Both the position numbers and the translations under genes were made by a program. Source: Spirochaetota bacterium (GTDB lineage: Bacteria > Spirochaetota > UBA4802 > UBA5550). Taken from it: a stretch of DNA of 64,000 nt. Numbering within the stretch: position 1 is the stretch's first letter; each line of letters starts with the position of its first letter. Positions 1 to 11,189 of the stretch are shown piece after piece. The stretch spans positions 4,160,001 through 4,224,000 of the forward strand of contig CAXXHB010000003.1 in NCBI GenBank assembly GCA_963664815.2, written 5' to 3'. Under the pieces are notes generated by a model. It made no database searches. It worked only from the letters and a program-made list of their open reading frames with translations, and had not been told where the DNA came from.

Positions 1-84
1 ACTTTAATAAAGTTTTTCTTGTTTTTTACAGTTTAGATTTTTTACCGTCTGATCTACAGGAATATCCATTCAGGAAAATAAAAT

Positions 85-2022
85 ATGCAGAAAAAATCAA
101 CATGCAGAATAATAAATCTCTATACAACAGGACTACTGTTAATAACTGCCCTCGCATCCGGGATAGATATCATTGTATGGAAAACGTTACTTGCATATCT
201 TCATATCAGTTCTCCTTCATTGCCATATGCACTGATTCTGACAATATCCTATTACATGTTGTTAATTGCAATTCTTGTTATTGTTTTTCAGCTGCCATAC
301 ATGCGGTGGCTGTTTTCAGCGGTTGCAGGAATACATATTGCTGTTTTCGTCTGCAATCATATGTATTTTTTTCAATATGCAGCTTTCATCAACCGGGAGG
401 GGATTGAACTGTTATTTCAGAGTACCGGAGAAACTTTTACTTATATAAAAAACGGTATCAGTTTTTCACAATTCCTGATTTTCATGGTGATGCTTTCCAC
501 TTCCGTATTGTGGGTTATACTCCTCCGGATTCTGTTAACTGCCGCATGCCGTTACATTGATATCAACAACAGTTTTCGCTTAAATATCTTAAATACTGTT
601 TTCCCGGTTATATTTGTTATTACAGCAATCATACTTTATGTAATTGCCGGACTTACCATGTCACAGGAAAAAATACAGCAACTGAGGTCAGGCGGCACAA
701 TGGCTTCCAATTTTTATCTGGTTCACAGGGGTTTACTCGAGGATGATACCTGTGGTTTTGCAACCGGTGACACCAAATTTCAAAAAACTTTCACCGATCC
801 GGTTTCCATAGCAAAAAATAATTCCAATATCATATTGATAGTAATGGATTCAATCCGCGCTGATCATCTGCCAGATTACGGTTACAACCGTAATACCACA
901 CCTTTTATCAAATCCTTGTCTAATGAGCTGATAAAGGTTCAGTACTGTTATTCACAGGCCAACGGTACAACAAAGTCCTTCCCATCCCTGCTTCTCAGCA
1001 GATACCCCTCCATGAAGTCTTCATATACAGACTGGGGGCTTGCAGATGAAATAAGCAGCAAAGGTTACTCTATTGCCATATCGAGCTCTATGGACCTTAA
1101 CTGGGCGGGAATTATTAAAATGTTCAACCACAGTTCAGTAAAAAAAATATTTCATGCCGGCATGATATCAGCCGAAAATCGCATCTGGGGGTTCAACCTG
1201 GCAAACAAGCTTAACTACGGTGTTGATGACGGATTTAATGTAAATGAAGTAAAAAGCTGGATAAATAAACTGCCGCAACCTTTTTTTCTTATCATCCACC
1301 TTCATACAGCTCATTATGCCTACATTGTCCCTCCGCAGTATGAAATTTTCAAACCGGTACCAAGACTCCCTTTCAGAGCCGCGCCACCATGGTCTCCAAT
1401 GCTTAATGCATATGATAATGCCATCTTCAGAGTGGATGATGCGGTTAAAGATCTCTTTTCCATATTTAAAGATGGTCAGTTTCTTGACAACTCGGTCATT
1501 GCCTTGACCTCAGATCACGGAGAGGCTTTTGACGAACATCCCGGTTCATATTATCATCAGACAACCGTATATGAATCACAGGTTCGTGTCCCATTATTTT
1601 TTTACATTGGCCGTAATGCATCAAGGGCCAAACTTCTTATCAGGCAGGGTAACAACAGAGTCACAGGGCTTGTTGACGTTATTCCTACATTGTACAAAGC
1701 GTCCGGACTCGGGTTGCCAGAGGAATTCCAGGGAGTACCTGTTTGGGGGAAAAGCAATAAATCATTTGAAACCATGATATCTTTTCTTGTAAGGAAAGAG
1801 TTCGGGATACGAATGAATAACTGGAAGTATATCCGAAACCTGAATGATTCCAGTTCAAAACTCTTTGATATTAAAGCTGACCCTGGAGAAAAAAATGACA
1901 TCGCCGGACAATACCCTGATGAAATTGAAGGATTCAACTCACTTTACAGATCAATAAGTGCTGCTGATTATAATCCTGGCAATTTCAATAAACTCGCAAT
2001 GCTTAAAATTAAACATGAATAA
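85..2022 (+). CDS. Membrane-anchored sulfatase/LtaS-like (alkaline phosphatase superfamily) protein
   Basis: About 5 N-terminal TM segments, then NIILIVMDSIRADH, SQANGTTKSFPSLL (Thr at the nucleophile position), HTAH, YDNAI and TSDHGE motifs. Confidence 0.85.
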   Translation: MQKKSTCRIINLYTTGLLLITALASGIDIIVWKTLLAYLHISSPSLPYALILTISYYMLLIAILVIVFQLPYMRWLFSAVAGIHIAVFVCNHMYFFQYAAFINREGIELLFQSTGETFTYIKNGISFSQFLIFMVMLSTSVLWVILLRILLTAACRYIDINNSFRLNILNTVFPVIFVITAIILYVIAGLTMSQEKIQQLRSGGTMASNFYLVHRGLLEDDTCGFATGDTKFQKTFTDPVSIAKNNSNIILIVMDSIRADHLPDYGYNRNTTPFIKSLSNELIKVQYCYSQANGTTKSFPSLLLSRYPSMKSSYTDWGLADEISSKGYSIAISSSMDLNWAGIIKMFNHSSVKKIFHAGMISAENRIWGFNLANKLNYGVDDGFNVNEVKSWINKLPQPFFLIIHLHTAHYAYIVPPQYEIFKPVPRLPFRAAPPWSPMLNAYDNAIFRVDDAVKDLFSIFKDGQFLDNSVIALTSDHGEAFDEHPGSYYHQTTVYESQVRVPLFFYIGRNASRAKLLIRQGNNRVTGLVDVIPTLYKASGLGLPEEFQGVPVWGKSNKSFETMISFLVRKEFGIRMNNWKYIRNLNDSSSKLFDIKADPGEKNDIAGQYPDEIEGFNSLYRSISAADYNPGNFNKLAMLKIKHE

Positions 2023-2089
2023 ATCTTTAACTCTACCCATAATACAATTATGATTAAAATTTATACTTGAATTTATATCGCTGTAATTA

Positions 2090-2155
2090 AACTACTATGT
2101 AGTTGACTTATATTGTGCCTTCTTTTATCGGTAGTACAAATTTGTGGGACACAAA
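2090..2155. promoter_or_regulatory. Two operator-like palindromes upstream of the MATE gene
   Basis: AACTAC-TAT-GTAGTT (2090-2104, overlapping a TTGACT -35-like hexamer) and TTTGTG-GGA-CACAAA (2141-2155). Confidence 0.4.
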
Positions 2156-2201
2156 CCAATATTCAGAAATTTTCGTGATGTCCCTTATATAAGGAAATAT
2201 A

Positions 2202-3557
2202 ATGAGACAGGCAAGATCGCCACATATTCTCGGCACAGAAAATATCGGAAAACTGCTTTTTGAATACTCTCTGCCGGCAATAGTAGCAATGACGGCAACA
2301 TCTTTATATAATATCATAGACAGAATCTTTATCGGGCAGGGAGTGGGTCCTCTTGCTATCTCCGGCCTTGCCCTTACTCTCCCGCTTATGAACCTCGGTG
2401 TAGCTCTTGGTGCCCTTGTCGGTGCCGGGGCGGCAACCCTTGTTTCCATAAGGCTTGGCGAGAGACGCAGTGACGAGGCTTCTCTCATCCTTGGAAACAC
2501 GGTAATTCTTAACCTTATTATCAGCACACTCTACTCAATTTTGACACTCTTATTTCTTGATGAGATACTGTACATTTTCGGTGCAAGTGATGCGACTCTC
2601 CCTTACGCGAAAGAATTTATGCAGATAATACTTGCAGGAAACGTTTTTCTCCATTCTTACATGGGGCTCAACAATATAATGCGTTCATCAGGCTACCCGG
2701 GGAAAGCCATGATCATAACACTGATGACTGTCGGAATAAACATTATCCTCGCGCCGCTTTTTATCTTTATTTTCAAATGGGGAATACGCGGAGCCGCACT
2801 TGCTACAATGTTTGCACAGATCGCAGGGCTTATCGCTGTTGTTGTCCATTTCATTAAAAAAAGCAGCTTTCTGCGTTTTATGAAAGGGCATTTTAAGCTT
2901 AAACCTGAAATTATCCGCGGGATATTTACCATAGGGATGTCTCCATTTGTCATAAACCTCTGTGCCTGCCTTATTGTTATTATCATGAACCTGCAGCTTG
3001 TAAAGTACGGCGGGGATTATGCTGTTGGAGCTTACGGGATTATCAACTCGATACTGATGTGTATAGTGATGATTGTACTCGGACTCACGCAGGGTATGCA
3101 ACCCATCGCCGGTTACAATTACGGCGCCAGGCAGTTTGACAGGGTGAAAGGCGTTTTCAGAAAATCCGTTATAGCCGGGACATGCATAACAACAACAGGT
3201 TTTTTGTTTACAGAAATATTCCCCCGGCAGATAGTTCTTGCGTTTACCAGCAGCAATGATCTTGTGAATATTGCCATCCCCGGAATGCGTATTGCTCTTA
3301 TTATGTTTCCACTCGCGGGCTTTCAGATGGTAACTTCAAATTTTTTTCAGTCTATAGGAAGAGCGAAAATCTCTATATTCCTTACTTTATCGCGACAGGT
3401 AATATTTCTCATACCGGCATTATTAATACTTCCAGGCTTCCTGGGTCTTACAGGCATCTGGGCATCAATACCCTTTGCGGACTTTTTTTCATCTTTTACT
3501 ACATTCTTAATACTTAAAAACCAGTGGCCCGATATAGCTCATAAAAATGAAAAATAA
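2202..3557 (+). CDS. MATE family efflux transporter (MepA-like)
   Basis: 451 aa, about 12 TM; LGTENIGKLLFEYSLPAI, YNIIDRIFIG, WGIRGAALAT, QGMQPIAGYNYGA. Confidence 0.92.
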   Translation: MRQARSPHILGTENIGKLLFEYSLPAIVAMTATSLYNIIDRIFIGQGVGPLAISGLALTLPLMNLGVALGALVGAGAATLVSIRLGERRSDEASLILGNTVILNLIISTLYSILTLLFLDEILYIFGASDATLPYAKEFMQIILAGNVFLHSYMGLNNIMRSSGYPGKAMIITLMTVGINIILAPLFIFIFKWGIRGAALATMFAQIAGLIAVVVHFIKKSSFLRFMKGHFKLKPEIIRGIFTIGMSPFVINLCACLIVIIMNLQLVKYGGDYAVGAYGIINSILMCIVMIVLGLTQGMQPIAGYNYGARQFDRVKGVFRKSVIAGTCITTTGFLFTEIFPRQIVLAFTSSNDLVNIAIPGMRIALIMFPLAGFQMVTSNFFQSIGRAKISIFLTLSRQVIFLIPALLILPGFLGLTGIWASIPFADFFSSFTTFLILKNQWPDIAHKNEK

Positions 3558-3656
3558 TTGAATCAATATTTCAGAATAGTCTCAAACCGGCGACTTGATT
3601 AATAAAGCTGACAACAGGTTTTATCAGGCAGATGAATTGCGGGCGGAAATTATAAA

Positions 3657-3885
3657 ATGCTGCTTATAACATCGATTGCCTTATTATTAATTGCTCTCAT
3701 TCTCTTTGTTGCCGGTAAAACTCATTTTCCATTACCGGAATTTACCGGGTCTCTGGCCGACATTCTCTGAGCCGGCCACAGTCATTCTCCAGTTATCTGT
3801 AATTGCCATGATTCTGATGCTGGTTTTCATGCGGAGCAAAGTAAATTTCAGATACTCCCTTGAATGGCTTATGCGCCATTTATAA
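3657..3885 (+). pseudogene. Possible frameshifted remnant of a membrane protein gene (DUF418-like C-terminus)
   Basis: Hydrophobic fragment MLLITSIALLLIALILFVAG in one frame; the overlapping frame ends FRYSLEWLMRHL*, similar to the DUF418 C-terminal FRYGPLEWLWR motif. Confidence 0.3.
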
Positions 3886-3928
3886 GCAACTAATTAAGAT
3901 TTTTCAAACGCTGAACTTAATTGATTTA

Positions 3929-5701
3929 TTAAATCTTAAAAAATGAAACTCTGCTGTTCAGTGTTTCGGCCATTTTTGACAGATCCCTTGCCGTTGAAGC
4001 CATCTCCTCAGCTCCGGAGGCGCTGGACTGAGTAATTTCACTGATTCTTGTTATCACGTTTACCACATCCTCCATGGCCATTTTCTGCTGCCCGGTTCTT
4101 GATCTTATCTCATCGGCCATGTCACGGAGTTTTTCTGCACCGGAATTTACCTCTTCGTTTGTCCTTACCTGCCCTGTCATTATCTCAGCGAGAGTTTTAA
4201 TCATATCATTTATGGACCCTACTCCATTCACTATATCACCAATACGGTTATTTGCCATCCCGAGTTTCTCAATACCACCGGAAATTTCATTATAGTTTGC
4301 TTTTATTAATCTGTCAATGTCCTTGATGCTGCCCGCTGTCAGATCAGCAAGTTTGGATATCTCATCTGCAACTACGGCAAATCCTCTCCCTGCTTCTCCG
4401 GCCCTCGCAGATTCTATTGCAGCGTTAAGGGACAGAAGATTTATCTTGTCTGATATATCATTTATTATCGATACTATGCCGTCCATCTCCTTCGAGCTTG
4501 CCTGTATCTTTGTCATTGTTTCATTCATTTCATTTAAAGATTTAATGCCGTAATTGCTGTTCTCCGCTATCCTAAGGGTAATATCTCTGGATTCATTAAT
4601 CTTTACCCCCAGATTTGCGACTTCAACTGTAAGTGTTTTAATTTTAGACTGAAGCGCCAGCAAATCAGACGCCTGGTTCGCTGCAAGTGAAGCAACATTG
4701 TCAACCTCTGCAGAAATTTCTTCTACACTTGCGGTCGCCTCCTGAGCTGAGGAAGCCTGGCTTTGACTGTTTCCGGAAAAACCTTCGGCTGAAACCGACA
4801 TTTCTGCTGATGACGCGGAAAGGTTATCGGCTATTGATCTGACATCTTTTATTACACTCGCAATATTTCCTGTAAAACCGTTAAATGCTGCTGACAGCTC
4901 GTACAGTTCATCACGTGAATCAAAATTAATTCTTCTTGTGAGGTCACCCTCCCCTTCAGCAAGGTCCCTGAAAGCAGCAACAAGTCTTCCAACAGGTTTT
5001 GTTATAAACATTCCGGCGTAATGTCTTGCAGTAATCATGGAGAAAAAAACCAGCGCAGCAAATACAACCAGAGATATTAATAGTTTCTCTTTTATATCGT
5101 CCGAATAATATTTCTCCTCCTGAGCTATGGTTGCCTCAATATCATCAAGGTAATTTCCTGTTCCTGTTACCCACTGAAAAGGCTCAAAACTCATGGAATA
5201 TCCCCTCTTTGGGAAAGGAACATTTCCCCCCGCCTTTGTGAAAAAGAAATCGGTGAAACCTCCACCGGGTTTACGGCCATTTTCAATAATTTCTTTTATC
5301 AGAAGCTTGCCTTTAATGTCCTTGGAATCGATTCGGAGCTTCCCTTCGATTTCAGGCTTATAGGCATGCATGACATTTACCCCTTCATATGTATCAATCC
5401 AGAAATATCCCTCCTTACCGTATCGTATATTTCTTACAAGTTCCTTTCCCTGATATTTTGCTTCTTCCAGGGATATCTTTCCAGCTTTGTGGAGCTTATA
5501 TAAACCATCAAGCATACTTACAACATTTTGAACCTGATGTTTTATATCCTCGTCATAACTTGCCATTAATACGCGCCTGAATTCGGCAACGCTTTCATTT
5601 TTCAATCTGTATAGATGGTAGATATAAAATCCCTGATATAAAAAAAGTGATACGAGGCAGCTTGCAGCTGTAATCAGAATTATTTTCTTTTCAATCTTCA
5701 T
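3929..5701 (-). CDS. Methyl-accepting chemotaxis protein with single Cache (Cache_2-type) sensor domain
   Basis: TM, Cache ([30 protein letters not shown]), TM, HAMP ([12 protein letters not shown]) and signalling hairpin [27 protein letters not shown]. Confidence 0.95.
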   Translation of the reverse strand: MKIEKKIILITAASCLVSLFLYQGFYIYHLYRLKNESVAEFRRVLMASYDEDIKHQVQNVVSMLDGLYKLHKAGKISLEEAKYQGKELVRNIRYGKEGYFWIDTYEGVNVMHAYKPEIEGKLRIDSKDIKGKLLIKEIIENGRKPGGGFTDFFFTKAGGNVPFPKRGYSMSFEPFQWVTGTGNYLDDIEATIAQEEKYYSDDIKEKLLISLVVFAALVFFSMITARHYAGMFITKPVGRLVAAFRDLAEGEGDLTRRINFDSRDELYELSAAFNGFTGNIASVIKDVRSIADNLSASSAEMSVSAEGFSGNSQSQASSAQEATASVEEISAEVDNVASLAANQASDLLALQSKIKTLTVEVANLGVKINESRDITLRIAENSNYGIKSLNEMNETMTKIQASSKEMDGIVSIINDISDKINLLSLNAAIESARAGEAGRGFAVVADEISKLADLTAGSIKDIDRLIKANYNEISGGIEKLGMANNRIGDIVNGVGSINDMIKTLAEIMTGQVRTNEEVNSGAEKLRDMADEIRSRTGQQKMAMEDVVNVITRISEITQSSASGAEEMASTARDLSKMAETLNSRVSFFKI

Positions 5702-5860
5702 AGCATTTTCCTCTTTTCAGAAAATAAATCTTTTCTGTTATAGACCTTTGAACAGTTAATCATAAAGAATCTGATAAATGTTAAAGGTCAATATCTTTTA
5801 TTATTACAGAATATTTATTTTGCATATAAATTTATAATTTTAAATTTCGCCCCAGATTTT

Positions 5861-7504
5861 TTATATCCTCCTGATAATATCAGATATGTAAGGCATAAGC
5901 TGCTTTTTCCTTGAGAGTACATCTTTAAGAAAATATATATGATCTGAGTACTTTGGGTACTCTATTTTTTTTATAAACTCCTCCCCCCCTTTAATAAAAA
6001 GATAGCTGCTCAGGATATGCAGATCTGTCACAAGAAGTGAGCAGAAAAGATAGCCCTTCTGTTCAGAAAGATCCTCCATGCAGGATAGTATAGACTCAGC
6101 TCTCTCCATAATCTCGTCAGGATCATTTACCTCAACCTGACTTACAGTGAAAGAGTACACTCCTTCACTGTATATCTTCATATCCATGTTGATGATCTCT
6201 TCAACAGGCTTTACACTTATCAGTGACGAAGATTCAACTATCTCCCTTCCGAATTCATCAATATCCAGATCAGTTATATTAGATAAAAGCTCGGCAGTAT
6301 CCCTGTCAATGTCCGTTGTTGTAGATGACCTTAGAATAAGCGTATCAGACAGTATACCTCCAAGCAGAATTGATGCTATATCCTTTTTTACAGGAATCAT
6401 ACAATCTCTGTAAAGATTAGCGATTATTGTCGAAGTGGAACCCACAGGTTTGTTGATAAATGTAATAGGATAGTTTGTTGGTGGATTTCCAAGCCTGTGG
6501 TGATCTATAATTTCAAGAATTCGTATACTTTTAATTCCATCAATCCCCTGAGACAGTTCATTATGATCAACAAGAATAACTCCCACATTCGGTTCCTTCA
6601 TTAAATCACTCTGGGAAATTACTCCGATAACCTTCATCTCCTCATCAACAACAGGGAGAGACCTGGAGACAGAGTCCTGAAATCTCTCCCTTATATTTCT
6701 GATATATTCATCAGCATCAACCGGCTTAAGTGTCATATCGCCTACGTGCTTCACCGGGATGGAATGAAGTGCCAGCCATGATGTGCTCGCGCTGTTAAAT
6801 GGAGTAATAATCACAGCCACTCCGTGTCTGGTGGCAAGCTCCTTCATTTCCTTAGTTATCATTTTCCCAGCTGTTACAATCAGCACCCTGACACCTTTAT
6901 CTATTACATATCTCTGAATATCCTGCCGGTCTCCCACTATGACAATTGAATTTTCCGCCGGCATAACATCAACAAACTCTCTCAGGGTTTCAATCTCCGA
7001 AGCTGCCACAACAATCTGCGCGCTGAAAATCTCACTTCTATTATTTTCCACAACCTGCTGAGCCCTCAGTGTCCTGACAAGATTAGCTTCAGATGTGAAA
7101 ATTATGCTGTTCTTCTGTGGATCAATTTTTTTTAGTATATTCTCCGCGAATGTATTAAAATGAAGAGTTGACACATATTTATTCTCTTCATCTATAAGCG
7201 GAATCATCCTGAACTTGTTTGCTGTGAGTATCTGCATGGCGTCCCATAGTGGAGTATCAAGAGGAAGAGTGACAGGCTCTTCGCTCATATGATTTTTTAC
7301 TTTCGGGATCAGATTGCTTAAAAATTCAGGCTGCGGAATTTTAAACCGATTCAGGATATACTCAGTCTGGAGATTCATTTTGCCTCCCCTGGCAGGAAAT
7401 ACATTGTCTTCACCAAGCGCCCGCTTTAATTCGGCATAAGCAATTGCCGATACAACCGAATCTGTATCCGGATTTTTATGCCCTATTACATAAATTCTTT
7501 TCAT
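5861..7504 (-). CDS. ppaC: Mn-dependent inorganic pyrophosphatase (family II) with CBS-DRTGG insert
   Basis: GHKNPDTDS, VDHNE, IIDHHRLG, PVGSTSTI, GILSDT and C-terminal SRKKQ; CBS pair and IVGDR (DRTGG) insert. Confidence 0.93.
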   Translation of the reverse strand: MKRIYVIGHKNPDTDSVVSAIAYAELKRALGEDNVFPARGGKMNLQTEYILNRFKIPQPEFLSNLIPKVKNHMSEEPVTLPLDTPLWDAMQILTANKFRMIPLIDEENKYVSTLHFNTFAENILKKIDPQKNSIIFTSEANLVRTLRAQQVVENNRSEIFSAQIVVAASEIETLREFVDVMPAENSIVIVGDRQDIQRYVIDKGVRVLIVTAGKMITKEMKELATRHGVAVIITPFNSASTSWLALHSIPVKHVGDMTLKPVDADEYIRNIRERFQDSVSRSLPVVDEEMKVIGVISQSDLMKEPNVGVILVDHNELSQGIDGIKSIRILEIIDHHRLGNPPTNYPITFINKPVGSTSTIIANLYRDCMIPVKKDIASILLGGILSDTLILRSSTTTDIDRDTAELLSNITDLDIDEFGREIVESSSLISVKPVEEIINMDMKIYSEGVYSFTVSQVEVNDPDEIMERAESILSCMEDLSEQKGYLFCSLLVTDLHILSSYLFIKGGEEFIKKIEYPKYSDHIYFLKDVLSRKKQLMPYISDIIRRI

Positions 7505-7771
7505 TTCCGTCTGTCTCCTGCCAGCTGGTTTACTACACCCTATATAATATAGTTAAAATATTTGTAAATACTATATAATGGCATGAAAGCTGATAAGCCC
7601 TTTTACAAATTTCACCATGTACTATAAAAATATATTTGCGAAATATAGACTTCCAGCTATATTGTAACTGTAAACATATGCTGATAATATAATTAATTTT
7701 CATAATGTAGATGTTTCAACAATGATATCTGCCTGCAAATCCCTGCTGGCAGAAATTTAATACAACTCTTA

Positions 7772-7799
7772 TTGACAAAAAATGAATGTTTTTTATTAT
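7772..7799 (+). promoter_or_regulatory. Putative sigma70 promoter
   Basis: TTGACA (7772-7777), 16 nt spacer, TATTAT; upstream of the ORF at 7830, which has an AGGA RBS. Confidence 0.45.
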
Positions 7800-7829
7800 A
7801 CTCAATGATTTTAAGATACAGGAATTAAC

Positions 7830-8120
7830 ATGAGACAAAAATACGAACTTAAACTTAAACCGATCGATACTGCAAACGCCGATAACCTTCGTATTTATGA
7901 GATGCTGAAAAAATCGTGCGATGGACTTAACAGCTACCTTGCTGATTTTTTTGAAACCATAGAAATATTGAGAGAAAAAAAAGATAAAACCTCATCTGAG
8001 CAGATGGAAACCGAATCAAGCATAGAATTTGTCCTGGCTAAAATAGATGAGGTCACATCTTCCATGAAAACAATTGCGGAGGATATGCCTTCGCTGATTG
8101 AACTGAAAGAATATGAATAG
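7830..8120 (+). CDS. Hypothetical helical protein (96 aa)
   Basis: Clean ORF with RBS and promoter-like sequence; no family recognised. Confidence 0.7.
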   Translation: MRQKYELKLKPIDTANADNLRIYEMLKKSCDGLNSYLADFFETIEILREKKDKTSSEQMETESSIEFVLAKIDEVTSSMKTIAEDMPSLIELKEYE

Positions 8121-8122
8121 TT

Positions 8123-8680
8123 TTATTCAATATTAAAAGTTCCACCACTCCATTTAATTCTCAGAAGAATTTTACCACTCTCTTCATCGGCAATATTAAT
8201 TCCCTTTCCATCTTCCGGAAGGACAAATTCATACCCGTCACTAACACCTGCAGCTTTTTCTATTTCTTCGGATGAAGGAAAAAGGCCATCTCCGTCATTT
8301 TTCATAATCCTGCCATCATTTACAAAAAAGAAATCCAGTCTTCTGCACATACATCCAGCACTGCATCTTACGTTTACTGCGAAAACCGAGATACCCATAT
8401 ATTCATCGGTAAAGAGTACTGTCTCTATCGGAATATTTCCATCCATTGTTGTTGCATGAATATATCCCTTTTTCAAATCCTTCTTTTTAATTCTTGATAA
8501 CTTATCCTTCTGCTTCAGAATATTTTCTGTCTCACATTGAAAATACTCGTCAGGAAGCTGAAGATAGTAATCAAGTACTGTTTTCTCCATAGCTGCTGCT
8601 GTAACCGGAACAGTTTCAATGAATGAAAAATAACCTGTTACTATTAATGCTGACAAAATAAAACCAAGAAACTTTTTCAT
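8123..8680 (-). CDS. Hypothetical exported protein
   Basis: Signal-peptide-like N-terminus (MKKFLGFILSALIV), strong AGGGGG RBS, Cys cluster CSAGCMC. Confidence 0.75.
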   Translation of the reverse strand: MKKFLGFILSALIVTGYFSFIETVPVTAAAMEKTVLDYYLQLPDEYFQCETENILKQKDKLSRIKKKDLKKGYIHATTMDGNIPIETVLFTDEYMGISVFAVNVRCSAGCMCRRLDFFFVNDGRIMKNDGDGLFPSSEEIEKAAGVSDGYEFVLPEDGKGINIADEESGKILLRIKWSGGTFNIE

Positions 8681-8762
8681 AAAATCCCCCTTTAATAATG
8701 AAGGTGCCCTCAGTCATATGTGGCAGAGATAAATATATTTTACAAATCAACTTTGCCCGTTC

Positions 8763-10052
8763 TTATAAAATTTCTGTCAAAGATGCTTCAATCGCCTTAA
8801 TTGTTTTTTCTATATCATCTTCTGAATGTGATGATGACAGGAATCCGACTTCGTATCCTGATGGAGAAAGATAAACACCTTTTTTAAGCATTGCGGCATG
8901 GAACTCTCCGAAAAGTTTCATGTTGCACTCTCTAACATGGTCAACGGTTGTAAGGTTATTATTGCCGGTGAAATAGAGGCAGAAAATTGACTCAATACTC
9001 CGGAACTGTACCCTGTCGCTGAACCTGCCAATTACTGATGAAATTTTATCACAGAATATTTTTCCTTTAACAGAAAGTTCATTATAGAAATTTTTTTCGT
9101 TGAGTCTCTTCATTGTTGCAATACCTGCTGCCATCGCAAGCGGATTGCCCGAAAGAGTTCCCGCCTGATACACAGGACCCTCGGGAGCAATTTTTGCCAT
9201 TATATCTTTTCTCCCGCCGTATGCACCCACAGGTAAACCGCCGCCGAGTATTTTCCCAAGCGTTGTGAGGTCAGGCTTAATATCGAAGTACTCCTGCGCT
9301 CCGCCACTCGCAAGCCTGAAACCGGTAATAACTTCGTCAAATATCAATACCACATCGTATTTATCACAGAGTGCCCTCACACCTTTAAGATATCCTTCAT
9401 TGGGGAGGATAAGACCGTAATTGCACGGCACCGGTTCAAGTATAATGGCCGCAACATTTCCCTTCTCTCTCTCCAGTAAGGCTTCAAGGGCTTCCGGATT
9501 ATTATACGGAATAACCATTGTATCCTTCGCGTTTCCCTTAGTCACCCCTGCCGAATCGGGGGTACCGAAAGTAGCAAGACCTGATCCAGCCGCAACAAGG
9601 AGAAAATCTGCATGACCATGATAACACCCGTCGAGTTTAATTATTTTATCCCTTCCGGTAAAACCCCGCGCAAGTCTTATCGCGCTCATTGTTGCTTCTG
9701 TTCCAGAACTGACGAAACGGACCTTCTCTATCGATGGAACCATCGATATAACCAGCTCCGCCAGCTCAATCTCAAACCTGTGAGGAGTCCCAAAACTTGT
9801 GCCATGTTTCGCAGTACTGCACACTGTGTCGACAATATCAGAGTCGGCATGACCCAGTATAAGTGGCCCCCATGACATGCAGTAGTCTATATATTCATTT
9901 CCATCTTCGTCCACAATATGGCTCCCCTTTCCCTCTTTCATGAAAAGAGGTGTACCGCCAACAGATTTAAAAGCCCTGACCGGAGAATCAACACCGCCGG
10001 GAAGAAGTTCCAACGCCTTTTTAAAAAGATTTTCTGAATTCTGTTTTTGCAT
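8763..10052 (-). CDS. hemL: Glutamate-1-semialdehyde 2,1-aminomutase
   Basis: PGGVDSPVRAF, SGTEATMSAIRLARGFTGR, FDEVITGFR, LGKILGGGLP, YQAGTLSGNP. Confidence 0.97.
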   Translation of the reverse strand: MQKQNSENLFKKALELLPGGVDSPVRAFKSVGGTPLFMKEGKGSHIVDEDGNEYIDYCMSWGPLILGHADSDIVDTVCSTAKHGTSFGTPHRFEIELAELVISMVPSIEKVRFVSSGTEATMSAIRLARGFTGRDKIIKLDGCYHGHADFLLVAAGSGLATFGTPDSAGVTKGNAKDTMVIPYNNPEALEALLEREKGNVAAIILEPVPCNYGLILPNEGYLKGVRALCDKYDVVLIFDEVITGFRLASGGAQEYFDIKPDLTTLGKILGGGLPVGAYGGRKDIMAKIAPEGPVYQAGTLSGNPLAMAAGIATMKRLNEKNFYNELSVKGKIFCDKISSVIGRFSDRVQFRSIESIFCLYFTGNNNLTTVDHVRECNMKLFGEFHAAMLKKGVYLSPSGYEVGFLSSSHSEDDIEKTIKAIEASLTEIL

Positions 10053-10071
10053 TAAAATGTACCTCTTGAAT

Positions 10072-11040
10072 TTAAAACCAATCGTTTTTCAGTATATCAC
10101 GCGTATGATAGGAGATCACCATGTCAGACCCGGCCCTGAAAAATGAAGTCATTATTTCTGTAACCATTTTTCTCTCGTCAATAAATCCCTTCTCAGCCGC
10201 AGCCTTGACCATAGAATATTCACCACTAACATTGTAAGCGCATACCGGCAAAGATGATATCTGTTTTGCCCTGTAAATAATATCCATGTAGGAAAGTGCC
10301 GGTTTCACCATAACAATGTCGGCTCCCTCATCAATATCATACGCAATCTCCTTCTCTGCCTCCCGAGCATTTCTGAAATCCATCTGATAGCTTCTCCTGT
10401 CGCCGAACTGTGGAGCGCTCCCGGCTATATCGCGGAACGGGCCATAAAATGCCGAACAGAATTTCGCCGAATATGCCATTATCGCCGTATCATAGAAGCC
10501 CTGTTCTTCAAGAAGATCTCTTATTGCCGCTACCCTGCCATCCATCATGTCGGAAGGAGCAACAATATCAGCCCCTGCTTTGGCGTGGCTGAGAGCCGTA
10601 CGCGCCAGTAGTTCAATCGTCGGATCATTCAGTACTCGCCCCCTCTCCACGATTCCGCAATGTCCATGATCAGTAAATTCACAGAGGCATACGTCAGTTA
10701 TAACAAGAAGCCGGCCTTCGAATTCCTTCCTTATTTTACGAATTGCCTTCTGTACTATCCCGTTTTCAGAATAAGCTTCCGAACCAACGGCATCTTTATG
10801 GTCTGGAATTCCAAAAAGAAGAATGGATCTTACTCCCGATTTTATATCTGTATCAAGATCCCTCATAAGGTTATCAATACTGACTCTCTCAATCCCGGGC
10901 ATTGAGTCAAATCCGTCACGAATACCTGTTCCCTCAGTAACAAAATACGGCATAATAAGCTTATTGCTGTCAGGGCGCGTTTCTGAAACGAGATCTCTTA
11001 TAATGTCACCTGTTCTAAGACGTCTTGCTCTCTCTATCAT
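10072..11040 (-). CDS. hemB: Porphobilinogen synthase (ALA dehydratase)
   Basis: DVCLCEFTDHGHCG, APSDMMDGRV, SAFYGPFRD, MVKPAL, AYNVSGEY; start chosen at ATG 11040 after a GGAG (the ORF extends to 11061). Confidence 0.97.
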   Translation of the reverse strand: MIERARRLRTGDIIRDLVSETRPDSNKLIMPYFVTEGTGIRDGFDSMPGIERVSIDNLMRDLDTDIKSGVRSILLFGIPDHKDAVGSEAYSENGIVQKAIRKIRKEFEGRLLVITDVCLCEFTDHGHCGIVERGRVLNDPTIELLARTALSHAKAGADIVAPSDMMDGRVAAIRDLLEEQGFYDTAIMAYSAKFCSAFYGPFRDIAGSAPQFGDRRSYQMDFRNAREAEKEIAYDIDEGADIVMVKPALSYMDIIYRAKQISSLPVCAYNVSGEYSMVKAAAEKGFIDERKMVTEIMTSFFRAGSDMVISYHTRDILKNDWF

Positions 11041-11189
11041 TCTTCTGCTCCATTTTTCCATAATAATAGGATGTAATATGGAAAGTTATTTCATTTATTC
11101 TTTTTAAAACCTGCAGGTATATACTAAATTAAAGCTGATTTTATTACAAATATTTTTTAACAGGATGAGGGGTGAGATTTACAGGTAAC

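Noticed and set aside
7530-7580. NrdR-box-like sequences upstream of ppaC
   Set aside because: Poor match to ACACwATATATwGTG and no nucleotide-reduction gene nearby.
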